Translations under genes and position numbers: made by a program | Shown here: positions 59,846 to 64,000 of the stretch, piece after piece | Position numbering within the stretch: the first letter of the stretch is position 1 | Layout of the letters: every line of letters begins with the position of its first letter | Notes under the pieces: generated by a model | Seen by the model: the letters and a program-made list of their open reading frames with translations, nothing else | The model's database searches: none | Told to the model about the DNA's origin: nothing | Assembly: GCA_002269645.1 (NCBI GenBank) | Contig: NIVC01001840.1 | Location: forward strand, 145,341 to 209,340 | From: Macrostomum lignano | Taxonomy: Eukaryota | DNA length: 64,000 nucleotides | Reading direction: 5' to 3'

Positions 59846-60143
59846 CATACATGCGCAACCTCCAAAATTCGGTCGGCCGTGCGACTTAGTTTTAACAAAA
59901 ATGCGACATAGTTTTTGGCCAGAAATGCGACTTACATGTAAAAAAAACCCTAAAGCAAAATTAACGCAACTTTGGGTAAACGGCAGGAGTAACTATGACT
60001 GTCTATTAACCCAAAATGCCTCGTCAGCTACTTAGTACTACTACTTAGGTATTTTTTCGGGTGGGCATTTTTGCGACTTCCTTGGTTGGTCACCAAATCA
60101 GTCGGCCGGATCGGCCGACTCGGCCGACTGTTGCGCATGTATG
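59846..60143. mobile_element. hAT-superfamily MITE, family A copy 2
   Basis: Same 14-bp TIR; 8-bp TSD atatgtac; internal sequence homologous to copy 1. Confidence 0.92.
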
Positions 60144-61069
60144 ATATGTACTCTTATTAGTAGCGTCTATACTTTTTAGCCTAAGCAGTCTAATGGCACT
60201 GTCTATCCTATTCCTATACTCCTCTAAAGATATTATTCTCTCAGTCTTAGGTGTTCCTGGATCAGAGGGTCACAGCTTATTTGCTAGGTATTCTGCACTA
60301 AAGCAGGTTTCTTAGACTCTGAGTCTAGACTTCTCTATCCTGTGGTAGGATTCCTGCCTTCTAAAGGCAATTTCTCGGATCCTAGATCTGGATGTCTCAT
60401 TCTCTGAGAATGGACTGAACTCCTAATCTTGGGGCAACTCCTATGTCATTATCTACTACTCAAAATAAGTAACACAAGTGATTATAAGCCTAAGGCTAAT
60501 TTGAAGCTTGATCAATGTTCAAAACAATGGTACAAGACTAACAAACAAGAAAAGGTTCTTTATTTTGGCTCCTAGCTGACTCCTCACTCCTTTTTATAGT
60601 AAATTTTTTCCTATTATTTAAAATAAAGTATTAATACATAGAATATTCAGAATATTTTGCATATAAGAAATATTTTTAATATTCACTTAGTATAACAACA
60701 GTAGTACATTTTTGAAATGCAACTTTTTCTAGGAAATTGTTATAAAAACTGGAGGCCTATTATATATAACCAACATTGACTTTTTTACTTTTGATTTACT
60801 GCTTATGCAAAATGAAATACATGTATGTATAGCAGAAATTGGTTTATTTTTAGCCACTTTTTTAGACACTTCCAAAAATTTCACTTTCTAATTTTTTTGA
60901 AATTAAAATTTGCTCTTAAAAATTCCAAATTTTGTAAAATTAAAATCAAAATTTTGGAAAATCTTTGAGCATTTTAAATGATAAGCATAGTTACCACACC
61001 TGTGCTATTTTAGTGCTACTGCACTATTTTGTTTTAGCTGTGCTACTGCGCTACTGTGATCTTTAAAAT

Positions 61070-61239
61070 CATGCTTAGGCGCAACCTTGGGATTCACTCG
61101 GCCATTTCTATTGGCAACATACACATGTAAGTTGCTATTGGACGGAATAGTAGTCACAAGACTGCTCTTAGCCAATAGCGACTTACATGTGTGTGTTGCA
61201 ATAGAAACGGCTGGGTGATTCTAAAGTTGCACATGTATG
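61070..61239. mobile_element. hAT-superfamily MITE, family B (almost wholly palindromic, 170 bp)
   Basis: Arms 61081-61141 and 61172-61230 are inverted. The right end gttgcacatgtatg resembles the family A TIR; 8-bp TSD tttaaaat. Confidence 0.85.
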
Positions 61240-61259
61240 TTTAAAATGCTGTCAATTCT

Positions 61260-62760
61260 GTGTTAAGTGAGTTTTATAGTTACATAGACCAAGTCAACAG
61301 TGTTTCATCATCATTGGAGACCTTTTGCAGCTATATCCAGATATGCTTTGACCAAGAAAATGTTGTTAATGAGACTAACTCTCTGTGTCTGTTAGACCTC
61401 GCCAATTGTGCCAAGGAATGCTCTAATCAGTTGGATAATGCAAGTCTGGTGATTGGTGGCAAGACCTGTGAGACTGTTGACAGACTGTTGCCTATTGATT
61501 GCATTGGATTCTACAAGAGTGTTTACAATTTCTATTGTGAGTTAGTGCAGAGGCTTTTTTCACAACTGCCACTGCAGAACAATATCCTCCGAGCTCTTCA
61601 CTTTGTCAACCCTGACTACCTTCTTGGAGAGGACTTTAACTTTGACAGAACCGTGTTAAGGGTTGCCAAATCTATGAGCACCATCATTGCAGTTGATGAG
61701 CCTGATGAGCTGCATCTCAAAGTCACCAGGTTGCATGCCTCAAACTAGGAGCTCAAAAAGTCAAATCCTGAGAAGTTCTGGTCATGCCTGCGCACTGTGA
61801 CTTACCCACTGCTATCAAAGCTAAGGCGCAGTGCATGCTGCATCCTGCATGGTGATGCGGACAACAAACAGTTTTTAAAGTGGATAGACAATGACTTAAC
61901 AAAGCAGCAGAACAAGCTTTTCTGAGTTAACGCTCACTCTCTACTCATTATTAAGACCTTGCTGAAGGCAAATTTGGCCACTGCACATACAGTCACAAAC
62001 CAAATAAACCTAATTGCCAGCAGCTTTGAAGCCTGAAGTAAAGCAGCTGATTGCACTCAATTAGAACAATGACAGCAGGCAATGAGGAGACTGCAGAAGA
62101 AGATAAAGGAACAGCGATTAAGATGCTATAGCAAAGATGGCACAAGAGGAACAGCAGCAGCAGCATACATGCGCAACAGTCGGCCGAGTCGGCCGATCCG
62201 GCCGACTGATTTGGCGGCCAAACGAAGAAGTCCAAAATGCCCACCCAAAAAATACCCTAATGGTAGTACTAAGTAGCTGACGAGGCATTTTGACTTATTA
62301 AGACAGTCACAGTTACTCTTGCCGTTTACCCAAAGTAGTGTTAATTTTGCTTTACGCTACTTACGCTAGGGTTTTTTACATGTAAGTCACATTTTTAGCC
62401 AAAAACTACGTCGCATTTTTGTTAAAACTAAGTCGCATGGCCGACCGAATTTTGGAGGTTGCGCATGTATGAGCAGCAGCAAGAGGATTTAGTGACACAG
62501 CAGCTGACTGTCAATGGGATTCGAAGGAAGGCACAAGAGGAACAGCAGCAGCAGCCTCACCTCCAGCAGGCCTCCAAGCAGCTCCAGACACTGGCTAGAG
62601 GATTTAGTGATGCAACAGCAGACTGTTGATGAGATGCAAAGGAAAGTGCCAGAAATTCTGGCAGCTGCATCAAGGGTGGAAGGGCATTGCAAAAATGGCT
62701 CAAGTGACAGAGCATGTCCAGTCAGCCTAGGGGCAGTAACAAAATTTTGCGAATCAAATG
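61260..62760 (+). pseudogene. Decayed hAT-like transposase C-terminal region (dimerisation domain plus coiled-coil tail)
   Basis: LVIG...GFYKSVYNFY...LFSQLPLQNNILRALHFVNP...EKFWSCL...YPLLSKL...ILHGDAD..QF...LTKQQNKL resembles the hATC domain, with stops and frameshifts. Interrupted by MITE copy 3. Confidence 0.7.
62164..62471. mobile_element. hAT-superfamily MITE, family A copy 3 (opposite orientation to copies 1 and 2)
   Basis: Same TIR; 8-bp TSD agcagcag; its reverse complement aligns with 59846-60143. Confidence 0.92.
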
Positions 62761-63942
62761 TGCCACTGCCGCTGGACCCTCTAAAATTGTACAAACTTCT
62801 TACTTTATTATGTTTTTAACTATCATTAGTTAAGTTTTTCTTGTATTGGTTTTGGAATTGCTCTGTGAAAAGCATCTGTCACAACATTCAGTTAAAATTC
62901 AAATTCAAACTAAGTTCTAACTCTCTGTCACCTCAGTTAATATAAAAGTCAAGCTAGCGAAAATGTCACTGTTCACTTCAATTTTATAAGCATCTTTAGT
63001 AAGTTAATCCTTTCCCTAAAGTTATCAAATATCCCTTGGCTATTTCTTGTCTAGGAGCTACTTGTAAAAAGTGTACATGTTTGAGCTATATGTATGTGTA
63101 CTTGCTGTGCAAGTGTAATCCATCCAATTATCAGTAACAGGAATAAGTTTTATTTATTATTGTTTTGTTTCTTAAATAAATGGGTTAATGTAGCTTTTCA
63201 GTTTCCTAAGACTTGATTTACTATTATTTATTAATCCATGGTTACTGTTTAATAGTTACTTAACTTAACTTTAAAACTAATTATTTTATGCTTCACTAAA
63301 TCTTTGGTGCTGCGCTAATATTCTTTTACTTTCCTATGGCAACTAGGCCACATAGGCCCCTTCCACAGAGGTATTAGACCCCCTTCCATGTATATTTATT
63401 TGCTAGAGCAGCAGCCAGCAAGAAAGGGCAGCATGCGCAAGCGCTGCGCACCTGTGCTTGCGCTGCACCTTAGAAAATTTTCAAAAGTGTGCTAGACACT
63501 ATCCGCAGTTTTTATAACTTTTTTCTATAAGGACTAAAAGATACAAATAGCAAGATAGTTATTTCACAATTAACACATAAAACAAATACCATCTAAATTA
63601 AGTGAAAATAACAAAATTGCAATGCAAATTATAAGAGCTATTAAGTTTAAAAAGTAAAAAAACATGTCACACATATTATTTATATATTATAGTAACTTAT
63701 AATGGTTCTTGTCATTGACTTTAGTTAGCTTTAAGCTTATTTACATAAGTAATTGTTAGACCTATTTATTAATGTTAAATGAGCTTTCTTCCCTATGACC
63801 ATAAAAATAACCAGTTTTTTTCCTATATACAGTGATTATAAATAACAGTTTTGCTATTGAATGATTATATTAAGTTAAAACCTTAAGCCCAAATAGTGTC
63901 TTATGTTTTGACTATAAAAATAACCATTTTGCTATTTATATC

Positions 63943-64000
63943 ATACATGCACAACCTTGGGAATCACCCGGCCATTTCTATTGGCAACACATACATGTAA
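63943..64000. mobile_element. Start of a second family B hAT MITE, cut by the window end
   Basis: catacatgcacaaccttgggaatcacccggccatttctattggcaacacatacatgtaa matches 61070-61130. Confidence 0.85.

Overview
Eukaryotic (animal) genomic DNA. It is AT-rich and packed with minisatellites, and its overall character resembles a Macrostomum-type flatworm genome; that assignment is inference only. Recognisable host genes: a multi-exon cytosolic carboxypeptidase (AGBL2/3, CCP2/3-like) on the minus strand at ~1.4-14.8 kb; a complete six-exon IMP dehydrogenase on the plus strand at 42504-55632; two divergently oriented intronless rhodopsin-class GPCR paralogues (24084-25166 minus, 30289-31284 plus); and an orphan 3' fragment of a GT14/core-2-I-branching glycosyltransferase. 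The rest is mobile DNA and tandem repeats. The most notable element is a full-length single-ORF Ingi-like LINE (APE-RT-RNase H) at 37554-41440. It has a 13-bp target-site duplication, carries a complete HDV-like ribozyme fold at its exact 5' end, and is inserted into the B box of a tRNA-derived CORE-like SINE. Other mobile DNA: RTE, Penelope (with an adjacent degenerate hammerhead-like motif), an intron-containing Helitron remnant, an RNase H-only LINE fragment bracketed by (AAC)n, a mariner relic and a set of hAT MITEs with perfect 8-bp TSDs. Nearly every long intron is filled by its own minisatellite or TE. Most entries in the ORF track are translations of repeats or antisense shadows.
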